This document shows positions 1 to 8,446 of a stretch of 14,558 nt of DNA, piece by piece. This stretch comes from Myxococcales bacterium (GTDB lineage Bacteria; Desulfobacterota; Binatia; HRBIN30): assembly GCA_037445065.1 (NCBI GenBank), contig JBBILD010000035.1, positions 1 through 14,558 of the forward strand, read 5' to 3'. A program made the translations under genes and the position numbers. The notes under the pieces are model-generated. The model was not told the DNA's origin. It worked only from the letters and a program-made list of their open reading frames with translations, and made no database searches. Position 1 is the first letter of the stretch, and each line of letters starts with the position of its first letter.

Positions 1-1
1 A

Positions 2-2914
2 GTGACCGAGACGCCAACGCCTTCACCCACGGCGACGTTCACCTTTACGCGCGCGCCGAGCGCGACGCCGACCTTCAGCGCATCTCCGTTGCCTTCTTTC
101 ACGCCGAGTCCGCAGCCGTGCAGTTTCATCCCAGGCACGGTGCTGTGCGGAGGTGCGTGTCCGAATCCCGATGAGCAGTGCGTGCCCTTGGCGGACGGTA
201 CGGGCTGCCACTGCGCGCTGGGGGTGACCGCAACGCCGACGCCGACGCCGTCGCCAACTCCGACCCGGCCGCCTACCGCAACCGCCAGTGCTGCGGCAAG
301 CGCCACGCCGACGACAACGGTGCCAGGAGGCGCTTCACCCACGCCAACGCCCACGTGCGTCGGGCTACCCGCCGGTGCGGTGGGTTGGTGGCCGCTGGAT
401 GAAGGCGGTGGTGCGACGGTCATTAACGACATCGGCGGTCTGGGAAACAACGGCGTGCCTCAGCCGGGCCCGGTGAACAACTCGTTCTCGAATGGTCCCG
501 TGACCGTGAGCGGCCAGGTGGGGACGGCCCTCTACTTTTTCAGCGGTGCCGAGTACATCGAAGTGCCGCACGTGCCGAGTTTGAATCTCGCGAGTTCCGA
601 CCTCACCATCGACGCTTGGTTCGCGGCTTTCTTGCCGGGGTCGCCAGGATTCGGAGGGCTGCCGAATTGGTCGCCAGGACAAACGTTCTACTTCGCGGTG
701 GCAGACAAGGTGGACCCGTCCACGAACACCGGTTATGGGTTCGCGGTCCGCACCACCGCCAGTGCGGCACCCGCGAATCCGCCGAACAACTTCCCGGTGA
801 ACATTACCGCGGACCTTTGCTTCTTCCAGGGGAGCAGCGTGTTTTGTGTGCCGATCTACGCGGGCACCGCTTTCTACAACGCGAGCAACAACCCACCCTC
901 TTATTCCCCACCTTCGCCGCCGTGGCCGTACGGTGGGCAGTGGCTGCACTTGGCCGTGACAGTGGATCGCGCCGCCAACGTGGGAACCTTCTACTTGAAC
1001 GGCAGCCAACTAGGAAGCTTCTCGCCGGGTCCAGGAGTGAACGACAACACACTGCCGCTGTGTTTCGCGAAGTCGCGCTGGCCGGTGAGTCATTTCGAGT
1101 TCAGCCTGGACGAGATCGAAATTTTCGACCGTGCGCTTTCCGCCGCCGAGATCGCGTCCTTGGCGGGCTTCGGGGGCAAGTGCAAAACTCCAACGCCGGG
1201 TAGCAGTGCTACGCCTTCACCCACGGCGACGTTCACCGTGACGCGCGCGCCGAGCGCGACGCCGACCTTCAGCGCATCTCCGTTGCCTTCTTTCACGCCG
1301 AGTCCGCAGCCGTGCAGTTTCATCCCAGGCACGGTGCTGTGCGGTGGCACCTGCCCCAATCCCAGCGAACAGTGCGTCCCGCTAGCAGACGGTACCGGGT
1401 GCCACTGTGTGCCCGGGGTGACCGAGACACCAACGTCTTCGCCAACGCCCAGCCGGCCGCCGACAGCATCACCGAGCGCTACGCAAACACGGACCGTGAG
1501 TGCCAGTGCTTCGCCCACTGCTAGCCCGTCGCGCTCGCCGACACCAACGTTCACCGTGCGGCCCAGCTTGACACCCACAGGGACGCCCACTGGCACGGCT
1601 AGCCGCACGGGAACGCCAAGCGCAACAGCGTCGGCGTCGCGCGTCCCGACCAGTACACCTACACTCTCGCCGAGGTCCACGGCGACCCCCACGCCGACGC
1701 CAAGCTTCACGGCCACCCCGTCGCGCTCGCCCACGGTAACCTACACCGAGCGACCGAGCTTGACGCCGACTCCGACGTTCACCCGTACACCTACGCGCAC
1801 CTCGACCCCCACCCCGACATGGACCCACACCGTCCCGCCATCAGCGACCCCCACCGGCACACGTACGCCCACGGCCACGCCCTCGTCGAGTCCGACTCGG
1901 ACGCCCACGCTGAGTCCGTCTCGCACCGCCACTCCGACTGCCACGCCGTGTTTCGGAGAGGTGTGCGTGTTCAAGATCCACGATTTGAACGGCGACGGCG
2001 TGCAGGACCCGGGCGAGCCAGGTCTCGGCGGCTGGACGATCCAGATCACGCTCACGTCCTCCGGGACACCGGTGACGAGCCTGGTCACAGGTAGCGGCGG
2101 TTCGATGTGCAGCGGGCTCGCGGGTGGCCAAAGCTACACGGCAACCGAGGTGCAGCAAGCGGGCTGCGTGCAGACGTTCCCTCAGGGGCACCACGTTTTC
2201 TTCCTCGAATGCGGCCAGCTCGTGAACCTGTTCTTCCTGAACCGCTGCCCCTTGCCTTCGCCCACGTCGAGCTTCAGCGCGACCACAACTCCGACCCGCA
2301 CGGCAACGCGCACCCCGACTCCGAGCTTGACTCCCAGCGCTACGGCATCGCCGAGCAGTACTCGTACTCGAACTCCCACCGCCACCGCGACGCAGACGCC
2401 CACGAACACCAGGACGCCCACCGGTACCGCCACACCGTCGCCTTCCTTCACGGCCACACCCACCCGCACGCCGACGACGACTCCCACCGGGACACCGACT
2501 TGCCCGCCGGACACGGGATCGGTCCAGGTGACCAAGAGCACGGTGTGTTGCTTGCCGAATCTCAGCCAGACGATCACGAGCAGCCAGCCGTTCACCTTCA
2601 CGACCCAGGGCGCGGGCCTTCCGTCCTCTTTCACCCTCGACACGGATCCGTCTACTGGCACGCCGCAAACGGTGCTCTTCCGGTGCCTCGCTCCGGGAAG
2701 CTACCGAATCACCGAAGTCGTCCCCTCTGGATGGGTACTCGCGGGCCGCTCGTTCGCGCCTCCAGGATGCTGCTCGTTCGGGCCAGGGCCCAACGACATC
2801 AGCATCTCTCTAGTGGGCGGGGCGAGCGTGCAAGTGGGCTTTCAAGACGCTCCGCTCAGCACATCCACTCCGACCCCCACCCGCACGCCAACCCCGCGCT
2901 TCCCCGACCAGTGA
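2..2914 (+). CDS. Large secreted/surface protein, 5'-partial: Thr/Pro/Ser-rich linkers, two 6-Cys modules, a LamG/concanavalin-A-like domain, and SdrD-B-like and prealbumin-like Ig folds
   Basis: The ORF is open from the window edge. LamG hallmarks span ~nt 360-1185: [57 protein letters not shown]. An SdrD-B/Cna-B-like segment ([24 protein letters not shown]) lies at ~1950-2250. A prealbumin-like segment (GSVQVTK...[16 protein letters not shown]) lies at ~2515-2850. Long TPT/SPT linkers separate the domains. The true start lies upstream of the window. Confidence 0.85.
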   Translation: MTETPTPSPTATFTFTRAPSATPTFSASPLPSFTPSPQPCSFIPGTVLCGGACPNPDEQCVPLADGTGCHCALGVTATPTPTPSPTPTRPPTATASAAASATPTTTVPGGASPTPTPTCVGLPAGAVGWWPLDEGGGATVINDIGGLGNNGVPQPGPVNNSFSNGPVTVSGQVGTALYFFSGAEYIEVPHVPSLNLASSDLTIDAWFAAFLPGSPGFGGLPNWSPGQTFYFAVADKVDPSTNTGYGFAVRTTASAAPANPPNNFPVNITADLCFFQGSSVFCVPIYAGTAFYNASNNPPSYSPPSPPWPYGGQWLHLAVTVDRAANVGTFYLNGSQLGSFSPGPGVNDNTLPLCFAKSRWPVSHFEFSLDEIEIFDRALSAAEIASLAGFGGKCKTPTPGSSATPSPTATFTVTRAPSATPTFSASPLPSFTPSPQPCSFIPGTVLCGGTCPNPSEQCVPLADGTGCHCVPGVTETPTSSPTPSRPPTASPSATQTRTVSASASPTASPSRSPTPTFTVRPSLTPTGTPTGTASRTGTPSATASASRVPTSTPTLSPRSTATPTPTPSFTATPSRSPTVTYTERPSLTPTPTFTRTPTRTSTPTPTWTHTVPPSATPTGTRTPTATPSSSPTRTPTLSPSRTATPTATPCFGEVCVFKIHDLNGDGVQDPGEPGLGGWTIQITLTSSGTPVTSLVTGSGGSMCSGLAGGQSYTATEVQQAGCVQTFPQGHHVFFLECGQLVNLFFLNRCPLPSPTSSFSATTTPTRTATRTPTPSLTPSATASPSSTRTRTPTATATQTPTNTRTPTGTATPSPSFTATPTRTPTTTPTGTPTCPPDTGSVQVTKSTVCCLPNLSQTITSSQPFTFTTQGAGLPSSFTLDTDPSTGTPQTVLFRCLAPGSYRITEVVPSGWVLAGRSFAPPGCCSFGPGPNDISISLVGGASVQVGFQDAPLSTSTPTPTRTPTPRFPDQ
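17..1344 (+). repeat. Intragenic direct repeat of 134 bp (17..150 and 1211..1344) flanking the LamG domain
   Basis: The two copies match base for base except one codon (TTT vs GTG). Protein similarity continues through the Cys module ([19 protein letters not shown]), with synonymous divergence. Confidence 0.92.
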
Positions 2915-3236
2915 GACGTTTCGTGCGTTCTGCCGCCGCTACGGGCGCATCGCAACGGGTCACGGACGGATCGCGGGACTACGGCTGCGGGTTGCTACCG
3001 CCGGTGGCATTGGCTCAGCACTCCGCCCAGCCGAGATCGCAGCGAGAGATTTTGCTTGTTGGCGCGGTGGATCTTCTGTAGTAAGGGCGCTGCGCATGAA
3101 TTCCTCGCAGTGCCGGCTGACCATCGCCGGTGAGTCGGTAGGTCGGCCGGGGCTGCACGGAGACCCTCGCCTTGGGCCGCAACGGGCACGCCGCCAAACG
3201 GCGGCCGAGAGAAGGCTTCCAGTAGCGTTGCGCCTG

Positions 3237-4880
3237 ATGGCTGTGTGCACGGTCGGATTTTGTTTTGCTTCCTCAGCGTTGGGAGCGGTGCGATTCGTAG
3301 ACGCCTCGGCGGTTGGCGCAAACAACGGCACCTCGTGGGCAAACGCCTTCACCAAGCTGCAGGACGCTCTCGCTGCGGCGGTGAGCGGGGACGAGCTCTG
3401 GGTAGCGCGAGGAGTCTACCACCCCGACGAGGGCACAGCGCAGACGGACGGCGACCGCAGCGCCACCTTCCAGCTCAAGAACGGCGTGTCGATTTACGGC
3501 GGGTTCGCGGGAGGGGAAACCTCTGTTGGCCAGCGTAACCCGTCTGCCAACGTGACCGTGCTGAGCGGCGACATTGACGGGAACGACTTCACCGATTCCG
3601 ACGGGGTCGTCACCACGCACCTCAACATCAACGGTGACAATAGTTATCAGGTGGTCACCGGCAGCGGCACGAACGGCACGGCGGTGCTGGACGGCTTTAC
3701 GATCACAGCGGGCTTAGCCAATGGCGGCACAGGGCCCTGCGTGAACATCTGCGGAGCAGGGAACTTCAACAGTGCGGGTAGCCCGACGCTGGCGAACTTG
3801 GTTTTCTCGGGCAACTCCGCCAGCAATGCGGGGGGAGGCATGGCGAACACGAACGGCAGCAGCCCGTCGCTGTCCAGAGTTGCCTTTCGCGCGAATGCGG
3901 CAGGGCAGGGTGCCGGCATGGCAAACCTCGACGGCAGTAGCCCCGCCGTGCGTGACGCGCTTTTCGCGGACAACACGACGGTGGGGAATGCGGGTGGAAT
4001 GTTCAATTTGAACAGCAGTAGCCCGCTGCTCGAACGGGTCGTGTTTGTGGGCAACTTAGCTTCCGTGAACGGCGGTGGAATGTTCAACCAAAACATTAGC
4101 AATCCGTCACTTTCCACGGTCGGGTTCTTCGGGAACTCGGCGGGCTTTGGTGGGGGCATGTACAACCTTGTCAGCAGCAACCCTGACCTGGTGAACGTGG
4201 TCTTTTCGCGGAATGCGGCCTTTGGGCTGGGTGGCGGAGCCGGTGCGGGCATGTTGAACAACGCCAGCAGCCCGGTCCTCACCAATGTTACGTTCTCGGC
4301 AAACATCGCCGGTGGCAGCATTCAGCAAGGTGGCGGAATGCTCAACGGGGCCGGAAGCAATCCCGTGCTGGTCAACGTGATCCTCTGGGGCAATTTTGCT
4401 TTGAGTGGCAAAGAAATTCTGAATTCGGGGGGCAGCACGCCGGCCATCTCCTTCAGCCTCATCGAGGGATCGGGCGGCAGCGGTGGCGGGTGGAATGCAG
4501 CGCTGGGGACCGACGGAGGAGGCAACCTCGATGCCGGCCCCCTGTTCGTGGACCCAGACGGGGCAGACAACATCCCGGGTACGGTGGACGACAACTTACG
4601 TGTGCGCCGCGGCTCGCCTGCTATTGACGCCGGCAACAACCTCACGCCGGGGCTGGCGGGTGTGAGCACCGACCTCGACGGCAAAGCGCGCTTCTTCGAT
4701 GTGCTGGAGACGCCCGACACCGGGCAGGGCACTCCACCGATCGTTGACATGGGGGCATACGAGCTTCTGTTCGGGTGGACGACGGTATCCGTCTTCTCCT
4801 TCTGGACGATCGCCACACTCCTGCTCGCATTGCTCGCCCTGGGAACGCGCAGTTTGTGCAAACTCCCGAACGCACGTTAG
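3237..4880 (+). CDS. Secreted right-handed beta-helix (pectin-lyase-fold/Pmp-like) protein with a choice-of-anchor Q-type C-terminal region and a membrane-anchor sorting tail
   Basis: Signal-peptide-like MAVCTVGFCFASSALGA follows ATG 3237; the upstream in-frame ATG 3096 is an alternative start. N-terminal motifs are FVDASAVGANNGTSWANAFTKLQDAL, ELWVARGVY and IYGGFAGGET. Repeated FxxNxAxxxGGGMxN turns follow. The C-terminal region has SPAIDAG...DLDGKAR...VDMGAYE, then a hydrophobic helix and basic tail. Confidence 0.85.
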   Translation: MAVCTVGFCFASSALGAVRFVDASAVGANNGTSWANAFTKLQDALAAAVSGDELWVARGVYHPDEGTAQTDGDRSATFQLKNGVSIYGGFAGGETSVGQRNPSANVTVLSGDIDGNDFTDSDGVVTTHLNINGDNSYQVVTGSGTNGTAVLDGFTITAGLANGGTGPCVNICGAGNFNSAGSPTLANLVFSGNSASNAGGGMANTNGSSPSLSRVAFRANAAGQGAGMANLDGSSPAVRDALFADNTTVGNAGGMFNLNSSSPLLERVVFVGNLASVNGGGMFNQNISNPSLSTVGFFGNSAGFGGGMYNLVSSNPDLVNVVFSRNAAFGLGGGAGAGMLNNASSPVLTNVTFSANIAGGSIQQGGGMLNGAGSNPVLVNVILWGNFALSGKEILNSGGSTPAISFSLIEGSGGSGGGWNAALGTDGGGNLDAGPLFVDPDGADNIPGTVDDNLRVRRGSPAIDAGNNLTPGLAGVSTDLDGKARFFDVLETPDTGQGTPPIVDMGAYELLFGWTTVSVFSFWTIATLLLALLALGTRSLCKLPNAR

Positions 4881-5060
4881 CGCCGGCTTTGGGCGCCGGT
4901 CTCCGTAACCTCTTTCTCGCACTGCCCCGGCACGCTGCGCTCCGCCGGCACGGTCCGGTTCACCGCAGCTCTACTCGACCTAGCGTAGGCCAGCCCGACA
5001 CTGGCGGCCGAGACGAGGGAAGTGAGCCGAGGCCGGGGGCAGCCGATTGGCAATCCACTC

Positions 5061-6542
5061 CTACCCTGCGGCGAGCGCGGTGACCCTCAATCGCGGCAGG
5101 CTCAGTGTAGCCGCTCGACCACTAACCGGCTCACTTGGGTTGCTTTACCAACGCAGGCCCTCGCGGTTCGTCAACACAGTGAGCGCGGCGGGGTCTGACT
5201 CAGGGCGGTCAGGGTGATATTCACGGTGACGGCGTAGGGATGGCTCTTGAGCACTCCCAACACGACCTGGCCATCGGGTCGTTGGAAGGCCATCGGCCGC
5301 AGGCGGGGGTCGGTCGAAGACGCCTCGATTCGGCTCGAACCAACGTGGAGGTAACGAGCGTAGTCGCCGATGAGATGACCTTACGTGGAGATCTCGGAAC
5401 GGTCGAGCGCGCTGTCTTGGGGGAAGTCGAGTTCCACTAGGTCATCGTTGACCGAGGGGCGGCGGATGAAGAAGAGCTTCATGACATCGAAAACCGCCAC
5501 GTTGGCCAGGGTCAATTCTCCGTGAAGATGGTTCGACCGACCGTACCGCAAGTCGAAATCGCTGTACCCTCGCGGGGTGGATTAGCAAATCTCTCTCATC
5601 CAAACCGGTAGTTTCATTGCTCGCCGAGTTCGCAGATCGCCGGGCGAATCTGGACGGTGGCATGGGGCGGGTTGCTGGCCGCCGAATGGTGCAGCAAAAG
5701 GCTGGGGTGATCGAGCCCATCGGCGCTGCCGTGGTACGCCAAGGCACCGGCGTGTTGTCGGGGTTCAGGTTCGACGAGGGCGGCCCACATGTACAGGATG
5801 GCATCTTGGCCAATCCAGCCGTCGGAAACGACAATTTTGTTTGAGAGGCCCTTGGCGCGCAGCCGCCGGCCGAGAGGCTTTAGGATGGCGGCGTAGTCGG
5901 GAATTTCGATTTTGTAGCCGGGCGGGCCGAGGTCTGGTTCCTTGTAGATGGTCAGGTGGGGCGGTTCGTTCCCCGCATCGAGGAAGCGCAAGGCCAGGAC
6001 CGGCTGCAGTTCCACCTCTCCGTCAATCAGAGACGGGTCGAGGGCGCAATCGCTGCCGCTTCACCGGAGCCAGCGTGTTGGGGAGATTTGCCCATTGGAA
6101 ACGAAACCCTCCGGGTTTTGCAGACCGACGGGTCGTGCGAGGGTCACAAAGTTGGTCCGGGAGTCCGCAAGCCGCCAAGCAAAGGCCGCGGGGGGCGAAT
6201 TCAAACGGGGGCGGAGTTTTCGTTGACCGGTTCGAAGTAGAAGAGAGGAAATGCACGCGCGGTTGACGCCGATCTGCGTGAAGTGCCTTGCTGCGATGCC
6301 TTCTAGTTCGGTTTGGGTAGCGGTGGTGTTCACCCGCACGGAGGGTCGTGCCGATGATAGAGTCCAGTGTCTTCGACCGGTGCGAGCCCGCCGCCGCTGC
6401 CTTGAAAAGTTTGATGTTGGCGGTTGCCGTTGACCTGGATGGTGGCGACGGCAGCCCGCGCCGTCTTCCGCGATCTCCAGCTCGAGCAAGTACCGCTCCT
6501 CGAGCCGCTTGGCTTCCGGGGTGTGACCCGTGTTGCCCGCAT
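5061..6542 (-). pseudogene. Glycoside hydrolase family 30-like (clan GH-A) pseudogene with multiple frameshifts and stops
   Basis: Manual minus-strand translation across frames gives GH30-type motifs in the expected order: ATIQVNGNRQHQTFQGSGG (~6450-6390), HFTQIGVNR, YFEPVNENSAP (~6240-6207), LTIYKEPD (acid/base Glu ~5938-5940), GALAYHG, KLPVWMREIC (nucleophile Glu 5591-5593), GHLIGDYARYLHVGSSRIEASS, AFQRPDGQVVLGVL and TLSLPRLRVTAL. In-frame stops occur at 6061-6063, 5582-5584, 5381-5383 and ~5145-5147, plus several frame changes. The 5' boundary is uncertain. Confidence 0.8.
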
Positions 6543-6597
6543 CGAATGCCCTTGGTGGCCGCCGTCCGTGTCGCGGTTCATCGTGTACAGGATCGAA

Positions 6598-7096
6598 ATT
6601 GTGTGCGTCGATTTCTGCAAACAGCATTTGCGCCGACCTTGCACCTGGAGCCCCGAGCAAGCACTTGTGCGCAAGCGTTTTCATCAACGCGGTCTCGCCG
6701 CGCTGAAACCGCTCGCACGGTACCGTTCGAAAGCACTCGCCTCCGTCTTGCGGTACGCGCAACTCCAGACTGCCACGCGGGCGACCGACTTGCGCCGGTG
6801 ACACCCGCGTCGGTAGCCGAGCCCTCCCTCGCTCCGCTCGCTTTTCTCCGCCCCCAGCGTCTCGGTCATCTGCGCCGCGAGACCTCCTGCACTCCGGCTT
6901 ACACCTGATCCAGCAGAAAATCCTCCTGCGAGGCCAACGAACTCCTCAGCGAAGCTACATCCATCTCGCCGCCTTTCTTCCGTGCCATACCCCTTCTTTC
7001 GCCCCTCTTGGTTCCCTTTTCCCTGCTCCCCGCACTCCGTACCATCGCCGAATGCTTTTCGCTGAAGGCTCCGCCGATTACCTGACGCGCGAACTC
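6598..7096 (-). mobile_element. Internally deleted IS256-family element remnant (~500 bp); ends tentative
   Basis: Contains the transposase fragment. Possible degenerate terminal inverted repeats are ATTGTGTGCGTCGATTTCTGCAA (6598-6620, +) and GAGTTCGCGCGTCAGGTAATC (7096-7076, -), which share only a GYGCGTC core. No convincing target-site duplication was found. Confidence 0.5.
6625..6988 (-). pseudogene. tnp: IS256 (Mutator)-family transposase, degraded N-terminal fragment
   Basis: ATG 6988 is preceded by AGAAGGGG. The stitched translation is MARKKGGEMDVASLRSSLASQEDFLLDQV*AGVQEV / QMTETLGAEKSERSEGGLGYRRGCHRRKSVAR / GSLELRVPQDGGECFRTVPCERFQRGETALMKTLA. This matches the IS256 N-terminal pattern EMxxxLGAxxxER...YRxGxxxRxLxTRVGxLELRVPxDRxGxF...FERYQRSEKAL. 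It contains a stop and frameshifts, and the DDE domain is absent. Confidence 0.85.
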
Positions 7097-7169
7097 AGCG
7101 AAGACATCTGGCGATCCGTAGAGGAGAGGAGGCCGGAGGAAGGAGGTGTTTCGCGATCGCGGTTGGGGC

Positions 7170-7201
7170 TTGACCTTCCTCCATACTCGAAGGTGTAGGA
7201 T
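7170..7201 (+). promoter_or_regulatory. MerR-family-type metal-responsive sigma70 promoter with an overlapping dyad operator
   Basis: The -35 is TTGACC (7170-7175) and the -10 is TAGGAT (7196-7201), with a 20-bp spacer. An inverted repeat ACCTTC-N10-GAAGGT (7173-7194) lies between them. An extended 19-20 bp spacer with an internal dyad is the hallmark of MerR/CueR/ZntR promoters. It sits upstream of a cluster encoding an HMA protein. Confidence 0.75.
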
Positions 7202-7211
7202 TGCACGCGCC

Positions 7212-7465
7212 ATGAAAGGCATTCGCTGCGCAAGGCGCGCACCGACGTGGCCGTTGCCTCGGTGGCATCCCTCCTCTCCTCGACCCACCGTGGTTGGGGT
7301 CATGGTTTCTGGGGAACAGCCGCTGGTTCGGCGAGCCTTGTCGCTAAGCCTGTACCTCACCGGAACTGTCTCGCGTTGCTCGCCGACTGTTCGCACAACA
7401 GGAAACGGCGAGTGGCCGGATGGGCGAAGGAGAACGTGTGGACGGCTACGGCCTTCGTCATCGCG
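7212..7465 (+). pseudogene. Possible degraded small membrane protein, MerT-like
   Basis: ATG 7212 lies 10 nt after the -10 box. Hydrophobic fragments in two frames (VAVASVASLLSS, GTAAGSASLVAK, SLYLTGTVS, KENVWTATAFVIA) are arranged like the three helices of MerT-type proteins. No Cys-Cys pair survives, so the match is weak. Confidence 0.3.
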
Positions 7466-7480
7466 CCGCGCCGGAGTGGC

Positions 7481-8446
7481 GGGCAAAGACTGTCGGTGGT
7501 GCTGCTCTTTGCCTTCTTTCGCGTCGCGCTCGTGGACTCGGGCTGCGACCGCCTCGAGCCCGGCCTCGGAAAGTCACCCCTCGAAGCGGAGTATCGCCTC
7601 GTCGGCGCTTGGCCGCGCGCCGGGGAAAAACCGTTCCGCGAGCCGTTCGGGATCGCAGTGGACCCCGGCGGGGGGACGCCCCTGGTGAGCGACGCGCGAG
7701 AAGGCTCTGTGCTCGTGCTGGCAGCGAGCCACGGCGCACTGGTGCGGGAGATCTGCGCCGGCGCGCTCCGCAGGCCAACCGGCGTCGCCGTTGGTCCCGA
7801 CGGCACGGTTTACGTCTCCGATTACGAGCTCGACGCCATCTTCCGGTTCGACGCGGAAGGCCGAATCCAATCGTCCTGGCATGGCCCGTACCCGCAGTAC
7901 TTCGATGCGCCGAGCGGATTGGTCGTGAGCGGGAGCTCAGTCTACGTGGCGGATTTCTATCACAAGGTCATTTATATCCTCGACCGCGAGGGAAAGCCGA
8001 CCGGCAAGTTCGGCCAACCAGGCCAGTGAGGCCCGGGCGCCCTCGACTATCCCACGGACGTGGCAACGCTCCGGAGCGCGTATCTGCTCGTTGCCGACGC
8101 GTACAACCACCGCCTCGTCCTCTTCCGCGAAGACGGGCGACCGGCGGGCATCTGGGGTTACCACCTCCTGGGCGTGATTCCGCGCCCAGCATCGGGATCC
8201 CGGGGCTTTCGCATCCCGACCGGCATTGCCGCCGGTCCCGACGGCCTCGTCCACGTCGCCGACAGCGGGAACAGCCGCATCGTCCTACTCGACCGAAAGG
8301 GCCGGTTCGTGACCGACTGGAAACTATCGCGACCCAAGGACTCCTTTCACACGCCCGTAAACGTCGCGGTCCATCCCGACGGAAAGCGAGTCTACGCGAC
8401 CGACATCGCCAACCGGCGCATTCTCGTCCTGGAGGTCGTGAGATGA
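7481..8446 (+). pseudogene. NHL-repeat six-bladed beta-propeller, probable lipoprotein, interrupted by one in-frame TGA at 8027-8029 (ORFs 7247..8029 and 8060..8446 are one gene)
   Basis: Six NHL blades lie in one frame: EPFGIAVDP, RPTGVAVGPDGTVYVSDY, APSGLVVSGSSVYVADFY, YPTDVA...LLVADAYNHRL, IPTGIAAGPDGLVHVADSGNSRI and TPVNVAVHPDGKRVYATDIANRRI. The stop context is FGQPGQ*GPGALDYPTDV. A hydrophobic stretch plus SGC (Cys 7544-7546) resembles a lipoprotein signal. The start codon is uncertain. Confidence 0.8.

Noticed and set aside
1420..2500. Short repetitive ACGCCGAC-type motifs suggesting a CRISPR or tandem array
   Set aside because: They are codons of Thr/Pro/Ser linkers, with no constant repeat-spacer periodicity.
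3056..3084. Possible sigma70 promoter TTGTTG-17bp-TAGTAA before the beta-helix gene
   Set aside because: The match to the -10 consensus is poor and there is no independent support.
4880..4920. Possible terminator hairpin after the beta-helix gene
   Set aside because: Only 5-bp alternative stems are present, with no adjacent U-tract.
6669..6684. LacI/PurR-like operator GCGCAAGCGTTTTCAT upstream of the GH30 pseudogene
   Set aside because: It lies inside the IS256 transposase coding remnant (MKTLAH), so it is most likely coincidental.
7420..8442. Long N-terminal extension of the 660-aa ORF 7420..9402
   Set aside because: It is an Arg/Pro-rich off-frame reading of the NHL gene. The real barrel gene starts at ATG 8443, with an RBS and signal peptide.
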